The notes: a model not told the origin generated them from the letters alone. Positions 32,724-42,265 are shown, counted from the first letter of the stretch. The stretch: 64,000 nucleotides of DNA from Thermodesulfobacteriota bacterium (GCA_965223335.1 OZ244991.1:1376001-1440000), one strand, 5' to 3'. Made by a program: numbers and translations.

Positions 32724-33068
32724 TTATTGATCTATTTCGATCCTTGAGATCATGCCCACACACATAAGAATTTTATCCAGTTTTGTGTTGCGTTCGTGAA
32801 TAAACCTTTCAACCACCAGACTGCCGCAAACCACGCATTCCCACTCGGTTTCGTCACTATACACTGCACAGCTCTCGCAGTACTTGGATCTATCATCATA
32901 CCAGCTTAGATGCGAGTACAACAGTTCGTTAAGCCCGCCTTTACTCAAACAATCGGCCCACTCGGATAGGTCGTCTATGATCTTAAGTCTCGTGTCCTTG
33001 GGTACTTCACTAAAGTCCCCTGCATATATCTCGTCGTCGTCTACATAGAGCTTGCAATAAAAACCCAT
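32724..33068 (-). CDS. Hypothetical protein with zinc ribbon
   Basis: CESC...CVVC; strong RBS GGGGAGGAG. Confidence 0.65.
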   Translation of the reverse strand: MGFYCKLYVDDDEIYAGDFSEVPKDTRLKIIDDLSEWADCLSKGGLNELLYSHLSWYDDRSKYCESCAVYSDETEWECVVCGSLVVERFIHERNTKLDKILMCVGMISRIEIDQ

Positions 33069-33202
33069 ACACTCCTCCCCCTAACCGATTGATCGAGATT
33101 TAGGAATTACATATAAGGTTATCATTATAGATGCCGAGAGCAATCCGGTTTGCGATGCAGACGCAACTATTTGAACTCGGACCAAAAGACTTGGGTGGGG
33201 TA

Positions 33203-35116
33203 TTAACGGCTGACCGATTCAGCTCCCAATACCCTCGTGACTGCGTTTTGTATCTGGTCAATAGAAAAGGGCTTTTTAATAAAGGATATGGCCCCTTCGT
33301 TCATGACCCTGTCGGTTATCCGATCGTCGGGCCTTGCACTTATTACGACTACAGCGGAGTTGGGGTCTATAACCTTTATCTCTTTTAGCACATCGAATCC
33401 GTTTTTCTTTGGCATCGAGAGGTCGAGGAACACTATATCGAAGTGATTTTTTTTAATCTCTTCCATCGCCGACACGCCGTCGTCACAGGTGACCACGTTG
33501 TGCCCTGTACTCGTTAAACAGTCGTGGATAATGTCCCTTATAAACTCTTCGTCATCTACCACCAGGATGTTCCCTTTCCTGTGCATCTGAATGACATTTG
33601 CGCTCTTAATCTGTGTCACACTCACCGTTTCTGTGGTGGACGGGCGGGACTGTCTGTTGGGCAGCTTAATGGTAAAGGTTGTGCCCTTGTGGGGCTCGCT
33701 TGTAACATCGATTGTGCCGTCGTGGCGTTCTATAATAGCGTAGATCACTGAAAGGCCAAGACCGGTGCCCGACTTTGAAGCGTCGGTTTTCTTTGTGGTA
33801 AAAAATGGCTCAAATATTCTGTTTAGGTTTTCTTGAGGAATGCCGTGTCCGGTGTCGGAGAAGTCGATACGAACAAAATCGTCTTCGAGCTTGGTACTTA
33901 TAGCAATTGCTCCGCCATCGGGCATTGCGTGCTTAGAGTTTATGGCAAGGTTTAGGAAAACCTGCTGTATTTCGCCCAGGTTAAGACTAATTGGGGGGAC
34001 ATTGCCAAAGTTTCTTACTATTTTGACCCCCTCTGTCTCAAACGTGTGCTCCACAAGCCCGCATGCGTCATCAATGGCGTCTTCGATCTGTGCGACTTGG
34101 AAAACCTCTCCCTTTTGCCTCGAGAACGACAGCAGTTTGTTAATGATCTCGACTGCTCTCGTACCGGCTTTTTCTATGACAGTGAGGTCTTTTCTTACTG
34201 TCTCCAAATCGTCGCGGGTGGCGGCAAGGCTTGTATAGCCCATTATACCGGAAAGGATGTTGTTGAACTCATGAGCTACACCTGCTGCGAGCTGACCAAC
34301 ACCCGACATCTTAGCCGAGTGGATAAGCTGGGCCTCGAGTTTTTTGTTCTCGGTTATGTCCTCGGTGGTTGCTATGATGCCGAATATATTATCGGACTCG
34401 AAATCGATCAGCGGCGAGAGTGCTACCTCTAAGAATTTATCTGCGTATTTTACCTCGTGTTTGGTTGAATAGTATGGGTCGCTAAGAAGAGTGGGGACTA
34501 TGGAATTAAAGTTAATACCGTTTAGCAGATCGCGTAAATTTAGTCCTATGCAATCTTGTTCAAACAGATCTTGGGTTCTGGGATTGGCTGTGGTAATTGT
34601 TAGCTCGCGGTCTGTTGTTATGATGCTCTCGTTGGTGCTGTTTAGTATGTTTTCAAGGTCTCTGTTGCGTTCTTTTACCTTTTGTTCGAGGTTGGAGTTT
34701 AGTTTTTTGAGTTCATATAACAGGCGAACGTTTTCTTGGTGGAGGTCATAGCGCTGGACAGCGTGGCTGATCACGCTTTTAAGCTTATTGTAATCTAGGG
34801 GCTTGGTCAGGTAGTCAAACGCTCCGTTTTGCACGGCGTCCACGGCAGTGTCTAGCGATGCAAACCCTGTCATCAAGATGACAGGGATATCGGGGTTCTT
34901 AGCCCTAATCTCCTCGAGCAAATCGATGCCGTCTTTCTCGGGCATCCTAATGTCCGAGAGCACAACATCAAAGGAGTGCTCCTTTAGAAGCTGCAGAGCT
35001 TTATCGCAGTTATATGCTGTAAGCACATTGTAGCCCTGTTTTGATAGTATGTCGGATATAATCTTTAGTATCAGCTGTTCGTCGTCAACAACCAATACCT
35101 GTTTATCTTCAATCAT
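33203..35116 (-). CDS. Hybrid histidine kinase REC-PAS-HisKA-HATPase-REC
   Basis: VVDDE/SDIRMP receiver; AHEFNNIL H-box; GTGLGL; second receiver LDLSMP. Confidence 0.92.
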   Translation of the reverse strand: MIEDKQVLVVDDEQLILKIISDILSKQGYNVLTAYNCDKALQLLKEHSFDVVLSDIRMPEKDGIDLLEEIRAKNPDIPVILMTGFASLDTAVDAVQNGAFDYLTKPLDYNKLKSVISHAVQRYDLHQENVRLLYELKKLNSNLEQKVKERNRDLENILNSTNESIITTDRELTITTANPRTQDLFEQDCIGLNLRDLLNGINFNSIVPTLLSDPYYSTKHEVKYADKFLEVALSPLIDFESDNIFGIIATTEDITENKKLEAQLIHSAKMSGVGQLAAGVAHEFNNILSGIMGYTSLAATRDDLETVRKDLTVIEKAGTRAVEIINKLLSFSRQKGEVFQVAQIEDAIDDACGLVEHTFETEGVKIVRNFGNVPPISLNLGEIQQVFLNLAINSKHAMPDGGAIAISTKLEDDFVRIDFSDTGHGIPQENLNRIFEPFFTTKKTDASKSGTGLGLSVIYAIIERHDGTIDVTSEPHKGTTFTIKLPNRQSRPSTTETVSVTQIKSANVIQMHRKGNILVVDDEEFIRDIIHDCLTSTGHNVVTCDDGVSAMEEIKKNHFDIVFLDLSMPKKNGFDVLKEIKVIDPNSAVVVISARPDDRITDRVMNEGAISFIKKPFSIDQIQNAVTRVLGAESVSR

Positions 35117-37640
35117 GATTCAGTTCTCCTTCCTCGCCTGATTTCACAGGTAATTCAATCACAAACACCGTCCCCTTACCCTTTTCACTGCTTACTATTA
35201 TCTTCCCTTTATGCTCTTCAATGATTTTATATGCTATAGATAAGCCTAATCCCGTTCCCATATCTTTTCTAGTGAAGAACGGATCGAACAGTTTCGGTAT
35301 GTCCTCTGTTTCTATTCCGACACCGGTGTCGGCGATCGTAACGAATACGGTTTCTTCGTTGGCGGGGCTTAGGTTTTCGTGATAGGTGCCGGTGTCGATC
35401 GTAAGCTCCCCACCCTGGGGCATGGCCTGGATCGCATTTAAAATAATGTTTATGAACACCTGCCAGAGCTGGTTGGAATCGGCCCTAATCACCGGTATTT
35501 TATCGTTTAAATTAGTGTTCATGTTTACCTTGCTGTCTACCAATTGCTTACGGATAAGTACCAGTATGTTTTGTAATATAGAGTTCACGTCTACCGGTTC
35601 CAGTTGTGCGGGTTCTGCTCTGGAAAATTTGAGCAGGCTGTCAATCAAACGGTTTGTACGGTCTATCTCGTGTTTTATGTAGTTAAGGTAATCGTCTACC
35701 TCGGGCGAGCTGTTTTTGGCGGTCATGTGTGTGGACAGGTAGTAGCGGGCACCCTCAATAATATTTAATGGGTTTCTGATTTCGTGAGCTATACCGGCTG
35801 CGAGCTGTCCGATGGCCGACATCTTTTCGGCTTGGACAAGCTGGGCCTGGGTATCTTGGAGCTCGTTGTTGGCGCTCTCGAGTTTCTTGGCGTAGTCTTC
35901 GACAAGCTTAAACGCAAGGGCGTTCTCGATTGCTATGGCACTTTGGTTTGCAAGGATTCGAAGTAGTTTGATATCGCGCGAAGTATATGCGAGGCCCGAT
36001 TTCTTGCCCCCTAGGCAGATCACTCCGATCAGTTGTCTCTTAAAGAACAGGGGTACGAATAGCGATGCGTTGTATTCATCAAATACTTGATAGAGCTCTT
36101 GCGAATGTTTAATGAATTTTTCATCTGCAGCAAGATCCTCTTTGAAAATCTCTTTCTTGTATTTATTTAGAAGCGTGATTATTACTGAATCTTCTGAAAG
36201 TTCTTTACCGGTATAGGTGATTATTTCATGTGTACGTCCTGAAACTCTATATGTGCCTCTGTCTTGATTGTAGATTGCTACGGTTGTAGGGTCTGAGAAC
36301 ATAGTGGTCTCAACCACTGTTATTATTTTTTCTACAATTTTATCTAGGCTCAGTATCGAGGTCATAGCATAACTAACCTCTTCTACAGTTTTTCTGTAGT
36401 CATATTTTTTGCGGAAAAACGTTAGGTCTACTATGTCCTGAATGCGAGATTTAAGAGGATTAAGAGCCACCACCAATAGCCCGCTTAGAACAACAAAGAA
36501 TGCGGGGTTGCGCCACCCGCCGTACTTGGCAAACGCTATGTTGAAACCCACTACCATGAGTGCAAAGATTCCTCCCACGGCACCGGTCAGAAGGCCGTAG
36601 GTTAATGTTTTTTCTACTATCACATCTATATCAAACAGCTTGTGTTTGACTATCGCGTATGCTATCGAGAGGGGGAATACGATTACAAGGAATGCTAAAT
36701 TGTTTAGGTGGCTAATCCCTAAGAATGTGATTATTGATGCGCATAGTGCCGGTACAAAAAATCCAACGAATGCACCCAGTAGTATGATTCGCGCACGTTC
36801 TTTATCAAACAGGTTGTCGGGTTTAATATAGCTGTATACGGTAGTGCCTATGAAGGTTAGTGTGGACATAAGCACATATACCCAAGTGAGGATATCGATC
36901 TTTTGCCACATTACCGGATTGTCGAAAAACAGGTAATGCGAGATTATGAGCGCCACAGAAGGTATAAAAGGTATTAATAAGACGGATCTATTTGTAGATA
37001 GAAAGCCGTTTTTCTCGGGGAACACAAGCCCAAGAGCAATGAGAAAAGCCGGGCTGAGCATCCATCCCCAAATGGGCAGAGAACCCAGTATATAGGTCGA
37101 TTGGGCGTCGAATATCGAGGTGAACCACACACTTACAGATAAGCAGAAAAAGAAAAAGAATTTACTTGATCTAAGCCTTGGTTTAAGGAAATAAACTACC
37201 AATCCTGTGATGAATACTAAAAAGCCTACAATGTACACCCCACCGAATACTTGTATAAAATCCCCAAAGCCAAACCTCATGCTTCTTACACTGAGGCTCG
37301 TGACTTGACCCTGCTTGAGTACATCGTAGTTAACCAGTGACCCAACGGTCATTGCCCCTACGTTTTGGTAGATCTCTGTGGCAGTGAGCTCGGTGCCCTC
37401 AATGCCCACTATGGTGTCATAGGAGTTTATGTGTCCCGAGTCTCTACCGGTCCAATGGGGCAGGCTTACTTCGCATACAACCGAGTTCTCGTAGATCAAG
37501 AACCCAGGGAAATTCTTGTCTAAGAGCTCTGTTGCTTTATAGACACTGCTAATTACTACGGCTGAAAAGCCCACAACGCATAGCAGCACAAATAACTTAA
37601 ACATGCTCTCAAACCCTGTGCTTTTGTCCTCTGTACCCAT
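35109..37640 (-). CDS. Multi-TM sensor histidine kinase (PDZ-like loop, many TMs, GAF, HisKA, HATPase)
   Basis: Many hydrophobic segments; LANQSAIAIEN GAF end; AHEIRNPL; GTGLGL. Confidence 0.9.
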   Translation of the reverse strand: MGTEDKSTGFESMFKLFVLLCVVGFSAVVISSVYKATELLDKNFPGFLIYENSVVCEVSLPHWTGRDSGHINSYDTIVGIEGTELTATEIYQNVGAMTVGSLVNYDVLKQGQVTSLSVRSMRFGFGDFIQVFGGVYIVGFLVFITGLVVYFLKPRLRSSKFFFFFCLSVSVWFTSIFDAQSTYILGSLPIWGWMLSPAFLIALGLVFPEKNGFLSTNRSVLLIPFIPSVALIISHYLFFDNPVMWQKIDILTWVYVLMSTLTFIGTTVYSYIKPDNLFDKERARIILLGAFVGFFVPALCASIITFLGISHLNNLAFLVIVFPLSIAYAIVKHKLFDIDVIVEKTLTYGLLTGAVGGIFALMVVGFNIAFAKYGGWRNPAFFVVLSGLLVVALNPLKSRIQDIVDLTFFRKKYDYRKTVEEVSYAMTSILSLDKIVEKIITVVETTMFSDPTTVAIYNQDRGTYRVSGRTHEIITYTGKELSEDSVIITLLNKYKKEIFKEDLAADEKFIKHSQELYQVFDEYNASLFVPLFFKRQLIGVICLGGKKSGLAYTSRDIKLLRILANQSAIAIENALAFKLVEDYAKKLESANNELQDTQAQLVQAEKMSAIGQLAAGIAHEIRNPLNIIEGARYYLSTHMTAKNSSPEVDDYLNYIKHEIDRTNRLIDSLLKFSRAEPAQLEPVDVNSILQNILVLIRKQLVDSKVNMNTNLNDKIPVIRADSNQLWQVFINIILNAIQAMPQGGELTIDTGTYHENLSPANEETVFVTIADTGVGIETEDIPKLFDPFFTRKDMGTGLGLSIAYKIIEEHKGKIIVSSEKGKGTVFVIELPVKSGEEGELNHD

Positions 37641-37652
37641 CTCTCTATATTC

Positions 37653-40460
37653 TCAGTTCTTATCCTTAATTCGACGTTTATATAAAGTCCAGTTTACGTC
37701 GTCCTCAACACCGCCTAGCTCTGTTATAAGGTTGTTTTTATCGCCGTCCACCATCTCCCATGTGCAAGTGGCCTTTCTATATCCTTTTTCTATCATGTTT
37801 CTGCATATATGGGCCAATAGACTGAGCCCGATACCCCTGTTCGAGTACTCGCCGAGCACGCCCATAAGCACTATCGCACCTTCCCTTATGCGCCCAAGCT
37901 CTCTGGGGATAGAGGAGAGCTCCGTGGGGCCTAGCTCGCCGCTTGCCATCTTAAATATAGGGGCACACTGTGGGAACCCGCCAATAAAACCTACCGATTT
38001 TCCCTCTACCTCGGATATTAACCACAAACCCTGCATGATAAGGTCCCTAAACTCGCGTACAAACTCTATAAACTCGTCTTCTTCAAACGGTGCATATTTC
38101 CATAGCCGTGGAAAAGCCTCGTTATAGATATCGAGCACGTATTTTGAGTCCCGCTCGTACTTACCCTTGTTCAACTCTCTTATTTCTGCATTGTTGGATC
38201 TTATAGTGTCCTCAATGAGCTTGATATTGTCTTCTGATGTGAGGTCAATCGAGTAATGATGCAGAGTCTTTAACGGTTTATAACCTAAGTTAGTGAAATA
38301 GTCTTTGTAGTACTCGGGTGTGTAGGGCTGGAGGAATGATGGCGTGACATTGTTGCTGTCATTTATGAGCCCCCCACCGTAGAACACAAGAGGGACCTGT
38401 ACCGGTGCCACCACTTCTTCCATGCCCTCTTTTGCAAGGTATTCATGGGCACTATTCACCAATGCTGCTACAGCATTGTCCGAGTGCGGCATTGCCTCGA
38501 AGTAGCCCAAGAAACCTACTTTCTCGTCCCAGTAGCTGTTGTGTCTCTTGTCTACAAAGGCGCTTAGTGTAGCAACTATATTGCCGTTTTCTGTGGCTAT
38601 GAACCTCTTGGATCTGATATTGCGTTTGAAATAGGTGTGATGATCGCCGCTCAGCAGCTTTACCCTGTCTTTAATAAGGAAATATGGGACCCAATTGGGC
38701 TTGTCCTGGTAGACTTCCCAAGACAGCTTGAGTGATTTGACCATCTGGTCGTGGGATAGGATCTCTCTTATTTCCAAATCCTTGTCAACCTTCTCAAGCT
38801 TTAACGAATCTGTGGGCGTCTGTTCCTGATGTGTTTCGGGTGTTGGGATTTTGTATGTTTTTTTGAGGAAGTTGTGCTCTTTGCCTACTTTCTCGAATAT
38901 CTCGAGTGTTTTGTCGAGGTCTTCGCGCGTGTGGGTTGCCATAATTCTAAGCCTCAAGCGTTCCTGGCCTCTTGCCACGGCCGGATAGGGCAGCGGCTCA
39001 AGGTACACACCCTCTTCGAATATCCTCTTATTCATCTTTCTAAGCAGTAATTCGTCGCCTATGATAGTGGACATTATTGCGGATTCGGACTTGTCTACAT
39101 TGTTATAGCCCATGGAGCTAAGGTTTTCTCTTACGTACTTAACATTAGACCAGAGCTGCTCTACGATTTCGGGCTCTGTCTCCAATACATTTACCGCCGC
39201 AGCCGCAGCCGCCAGAGTCGTAGGGGGAGGGCTTACAGAAAAGAATGCCGTTCTTGCGTAATAGTAGACGTACCTGGATATCTCTTTAGACGATGCAATG
39301 TAACCCCCCAAGCCCCCAAGAGCCTTGCTTAGCGAATCCATCACGATATCGACCCTGCCGTGCATCTGGAAGTGTGAGAGCGTGCCTCTGCCGTGATCAC
39401 CGATTACACCCGTGGCATGAGCTTCGTCCAACAGTATCTTGGCACCGAACTCATCGGCTATGTCGCATACGTCGGGCAGAGGTACAATATCGCCGTCTAT
39501 CCCGTCTACTCCCTCAACAATAATGAGTTTGCCCTCGTAACGGTCGGAAATGGTCTCTAACAGCTGCCTAAGATGGTCCATGTCTCCATGGCGGAAGCTT
39601 CGGTAAGAGCCCAGTCCCAGGTTGCAGCCGTCTAGGATGCTCGCGTGTACCATCTTGTCGATTATGGCAACGTCCTTTCTACCCAAGATGGAGGATATAC
39701 AGCCCATATTAGCCATGTGTCCGGTAGGAAACACCACAGCGGCTTCAAACCCCTTAAACTCTGCGAGTTTCTCTTCAAGCTCCTGGTGCATCTTGTGTGT
39801 GCCCGAGAGCAGTCTAACCGAACCGTTTCCCGTGCCGTATTCAAGCAGTGCGTTCTTTGCGGCTTCTATGACCCGTGGGTGGACCTGAAGCCCCAAGTAA
39901 TTGCTGGTCCCCATCATGATAACTTCTCGTTCTTCCCCCGATTTCTTGTCTACAATTACAACTCTATTTTTAGTGGCTGATTGCAGGGGTGTGCCGTATT
40001 TGTTGAAGTTCTTTTTATTTGTATCTTCTATGAACTCCCAAAAGAGCTCGGCTTTCTTAAATATGTTCTTATCCGAGACCTCGACGTAGTCGGCCAGAGA
40101 TAGGTTGTCGGAGTCCACTCTCCGTATAATGTCTTCAATATGTTTTTTTAGCCTGTTTTTATCAGAGTCGTAGATGGAAAGGAACCGTACACCCACACCG
40201 CGATGCTTCTCTCCGTTAGCATGGATCCACCTTACATCGCAGTATGCTTTAACCGGGTGGGGTTGATCGGTAATCTTACAGTCTAGTAATAGCTTGGTGC
40301 CGCGACAAAAATTTTCCTCGGATTCAATAAAAAGTCCGTCCGGTGACAAATTTATGGCACGTCCGATATGCTTACCCGTACGCCTGGAGAAAACATCGAA
40401 ATCCACTGGGATCCTTGGATGTTGTCTCCGATTGCCGGATACTCTAATCTCTAATGACAC
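37653..40460 (-). CDS. Fusion protein: PilZ + alpha-oxoamine synthase (Spt/AONS family) + GNAT acyltransferase (bCerS/YghO-like)
   Basis: RRQHPR and NLSPDG (PilZ); SNYLGL, HASI, DEAH, SLSK (PLP lysine); PNWVP...GFLGYFE...PYTPEYY; GTG start with RBS GGAGGAG. Confidence 0.8.
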   Translation of the reverse strand: MSLEIRVSGNRRQHPRIPVDFDVFSRRTGKHIGRAINLSPDGLFIESEENFCRGTKLLLDCKITDQPHPVKAYCDVRWIHANGEKHRGVGVRFLSIYDSDKNRLKKHIEDIIRRVDSDNLSLADYVEVSDKNIFKKAELFWEFIEDTNKKNFNKYGTPLQSATKNRVVIVDKKSGEEREVIMMGTSNYLGLQVHPRVIEAAKNALLEYGTGNGSVRLLSGTHKMHQELEEKLAEFKGFEAAVVFPTGHMANMGCISSILGRKDVAIIDKMVHASILDGCNLGLGSYRSFRHGDMDHLRQLLETISDRYEGKLIIVEGVDGIDGDIVPLPDVCDIADEFGAKILLDEAHATGVIGDHGRGTLSHFQMHGRVDIVMDSLSKALGGLGGYIASSKEISRYVYYYARTAFFSVSPPPTTLAAAAAAVNVLETEPEIVEQLWSNVKYVRENLSSMGYNNVDKSESAIMSTIIGDELLLRKMNKRIFEEGVYLEPLPYPAVARGQERLRLRIMATHTREDLDKTLEIFEKVGKEHNFLKKTYKIPTPETHQEQTPTDSLKLEKVDKDLEIREILSHDQMVKSLKLSWEVYQDKPNWVPYFLIKDRVKLLSGDHHTYFKRNIRSKRFIATENGNIVATLSAFVDKRHNSYWDEKVGFLGYFEAMPHSDNAVAALVNSAHEYLAKEGMEEVVAPVQVPLVFYGGGLINDSNNVTPSFLQPYTPEYYKDYFTNLGYKPLKTLHHYSIDLTSEDNIKLIEDTIRSNNAEIRELNKGKYERDSKYVLDIYNEAFPRLWKYAPFEEDEFIEFVREFRDLIMQGLWLISEVEGKSVGFIGGFPQCAPIFKMASGELGPTELSSIPRELGRIREGAIVLMGVLGEYSNRGIGLSLLAHICRNMIEKGYRKATCTWEMVDGDKNNLITELGGVEDDVNWTLYKRRIKDKN

Positions 40461-40594
40461 GATACTCCTCCCGATACCGTGAATATTTGACAGTAACCTT
40501 TAACACTGATCAGAAGTTAGTTCACATTGTGAATGTAACTATTCCCCGATTAATGCCATCTAGCTACAGCTATATTGTCTCTTCATTAGAACAT

Positions 40595-40686
40595 ACTTCG
40601 GTAGCCCAACCACCATAGACCCATTTCCGACCCGTAGGCTTGTGACTTTGCGTCCTATCTTTTCAGATAGTTTGCCTTTTCGGTAG
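40595..40686 (-). ncRNA. c-di-GMP-I (GEMM) riboswitch
   Basis: Minus strand CCGAAAAGGCAAACTATCT-GAAA-AGATAGGACGCAAAGTC...GGGCTACCGAAG matches the GEMM core; G at the position equivalent to Vc2 G20. Confidence 0.9.
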
Positions 40687-40705
40687 GACTAATTCGCTAT
40701 TCCCA

Positions 40706-40734
40706 ATTGTAATGCTAAAACGAAAAAAATGCAA
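40706..40734 (-). promoter_or_regulatory. Sigma-70-type promoter for the riboswitch operon
   Basis: TTGCAT-N17-TACAAT ending about 20 nt upstream of the aptamer. Confidence 0.7.
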
Positions 40735-40868
40735 CAACTTTGGTACGAGAATGTCTCGGACTCAAAAAAGTGTCAATTCCGAACATTTATTGTCTTAATA
40801 GCGTTAGATATATACTGAAAAGGCAATATAACGATCTAACTTGCTAATGTTTAAGGCTACATACCTGT

Positions 40869-40884
40869 TGGCACGATCATTGCA
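40869..40884 (+). promoter_or_regulatory. Sigma-54 promoter
   Basis: TGGCACG-ATCA-TTGCA, exact match to consensus. Confidence 0.85.
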
Positions 40885-40924
40885 CTATATATAGCCAAAA
40901 GATTAGAATTGGAGGTTGAATCAG

Positions 40925-41128
40925 ATGAGTTTTCCACTAATAGATTTTGCAGGGGCAAACGGTAATAACATGAACACAACATACAGAATGATAATATACA
41001 AATCAGGCGAGCCCTTTGTGGACGTTACCGATATATCATGGAAGTCTCTATTCTCCGTAATAAAGAAGGTACATATGAAAGTGGATAGTGATCTGTATAG
41101 TTTTAAGATCTACATGGATAAAACTTAG
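40925..41128 (+). CDS. Small hypothetical protein (about 67 aa)
   Basis: GGAGG at 40911-40915, in-frame ATG at 40925, sigma-54 promoter upstream. Confidence 0.65.
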   Translation: MSFPLIDFAGANGNNMNTTYRMIIYKSGEPFVDVTDISWKSLFSVIKKVHMKVDSDLYSFKIYMDKT

Positions 41129-41140
41129 ATTGTTTGATTG

Positions 41141-42220
41141 TTATAAGGAATCTATTTTTGAAACCTTTGAAATCAACAGATGGTCTACGAGTACTAGATT
41201 AACCATGGCTTCCGCTATTGGCACAGCCCTTGGGCATAGACACGGGTCGTGTCGGCCTTTTACCTTTAGCTCCTTTGGATTGCCGTGTTTGTCGACTGTG
41301 TGTTGAACCTGTGAGATTGAGGATGTGGGTTTTATTGCAATTCTTACTACCAGGTCCTCGCCGTTTGTTATCCCCCCTAATAACCCGCCTGCTTTATTGG
41401 TCTTAAATCCCAGATTTCCCCGATCGTCCGTAAACATTAGGTCGTTTGATTGAGAGCCCTTCATTGTAGCGGCTTTAAATCCGAGCCCCACCTCAAACCC
41501 CCGTATACCACCTATGCTCATGAGTGCCGAGGCAAGGTCGGCATCGACCTTATTGAAGACAGGGCTGCCCAGTCCGGGTGGTAAGCCCCGAGTAACGACT
41601 TCTACTACCCCTCCGATGGAATCACCCTCCCGCCTGACCGAGTCTATGAGCTCTGCCATCTGCTCAGCCTTATGTGCGTCGGGACAGCGCACGGGATTAT
41701 TCTCAATCTCGTCGAAATCTATGTCCTCTGCCACCAGGTCACCCACCTGTTTCACAAACCCCGTAGTGTTAATCCCTTCTAATGCAAGGATTTTCTTGGC
41801 TATTGCTGCGGCAGCTACGCGCCCCACAGTTTCGCGGGCAGAAGAGCGCCCGCCCCCTCTGTAATCGCGGAAACCGTACTTCATATCATAGGTATAGTCG
41901 GCGTGGCCCGGCCGGTATGTGTCTTTAATGTCCTCGTATGATTTGGAGATAGCGTCTGTGTTGTGTACGACGAGTGATATGGGAGTGCCCAGTGATTTTC
42001 CCTCGAATACCCCTGATAATATCTCTAACTTGTCGGCCTCTTTGCGTTGTGTGGTTAATTTGCTTTGCCCGGGACGGCGCCGATCAAGCTCGAACTGTAT
42101 GTCCCCTGGGTCTATTTCCAGCCCCGCGGGGCAGCCGTCCACCACAACCCCTATAGCGGGCCCGTGGGACTCGCCCCATGTGGTTATCCGAAATATGTTT
42201 CCAAAAGAGTTGCCCGGCAT
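41141..42220 (-). CDS. aroC: Chorismate synthase
   Basis: TWGESHG, RPGHAD, GGGRSSARET, GRHDPC. Confidence 0.97.
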   Translation of the reverse strand: MPGNSFGNIFRITTWGESHGPAIGVVVDGCPAGLEIDPGDIQFELDRRRPGQSKLTTQRKEADKLEILSGVFEGKSLGTPISLVVHNTDAISKSYEDIKDTYRPGHADYTYDMKYGFRDYRGGGRSSARETVGRVAAAAIAKKILALEGINTTGFVKQVGDLVAEDIDFDEIENNPVRCPDAHKAEQMAELIDSVRREGDSIGGVVEVVTRGLPPGLGSPVFNKVDADLASALMSIGGIRGFEVGLGFKAATMKGSQSNDLMFTDDRGNLGFKTNKAGGLLGGITNGEDLVVRIAIKPTSSISQVQHTVDKHGNPKELKVKGRHDPCLCPRAVPIAEAMVNLVLVDHLLISKVSKIDSL

Positions 42221-42265
42221 AAGTAGAGTTTATATTAAAAGGTAATCCTTGCAAATAATCCGGGT

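Noticed and set aside
40595..40686. 3',3'-cGAMP (GEMM-Ib) riboswitch
   Set aside because: The discriminating position is G, not A, so c-di-GMP is more likely; only a binding test can settle it.
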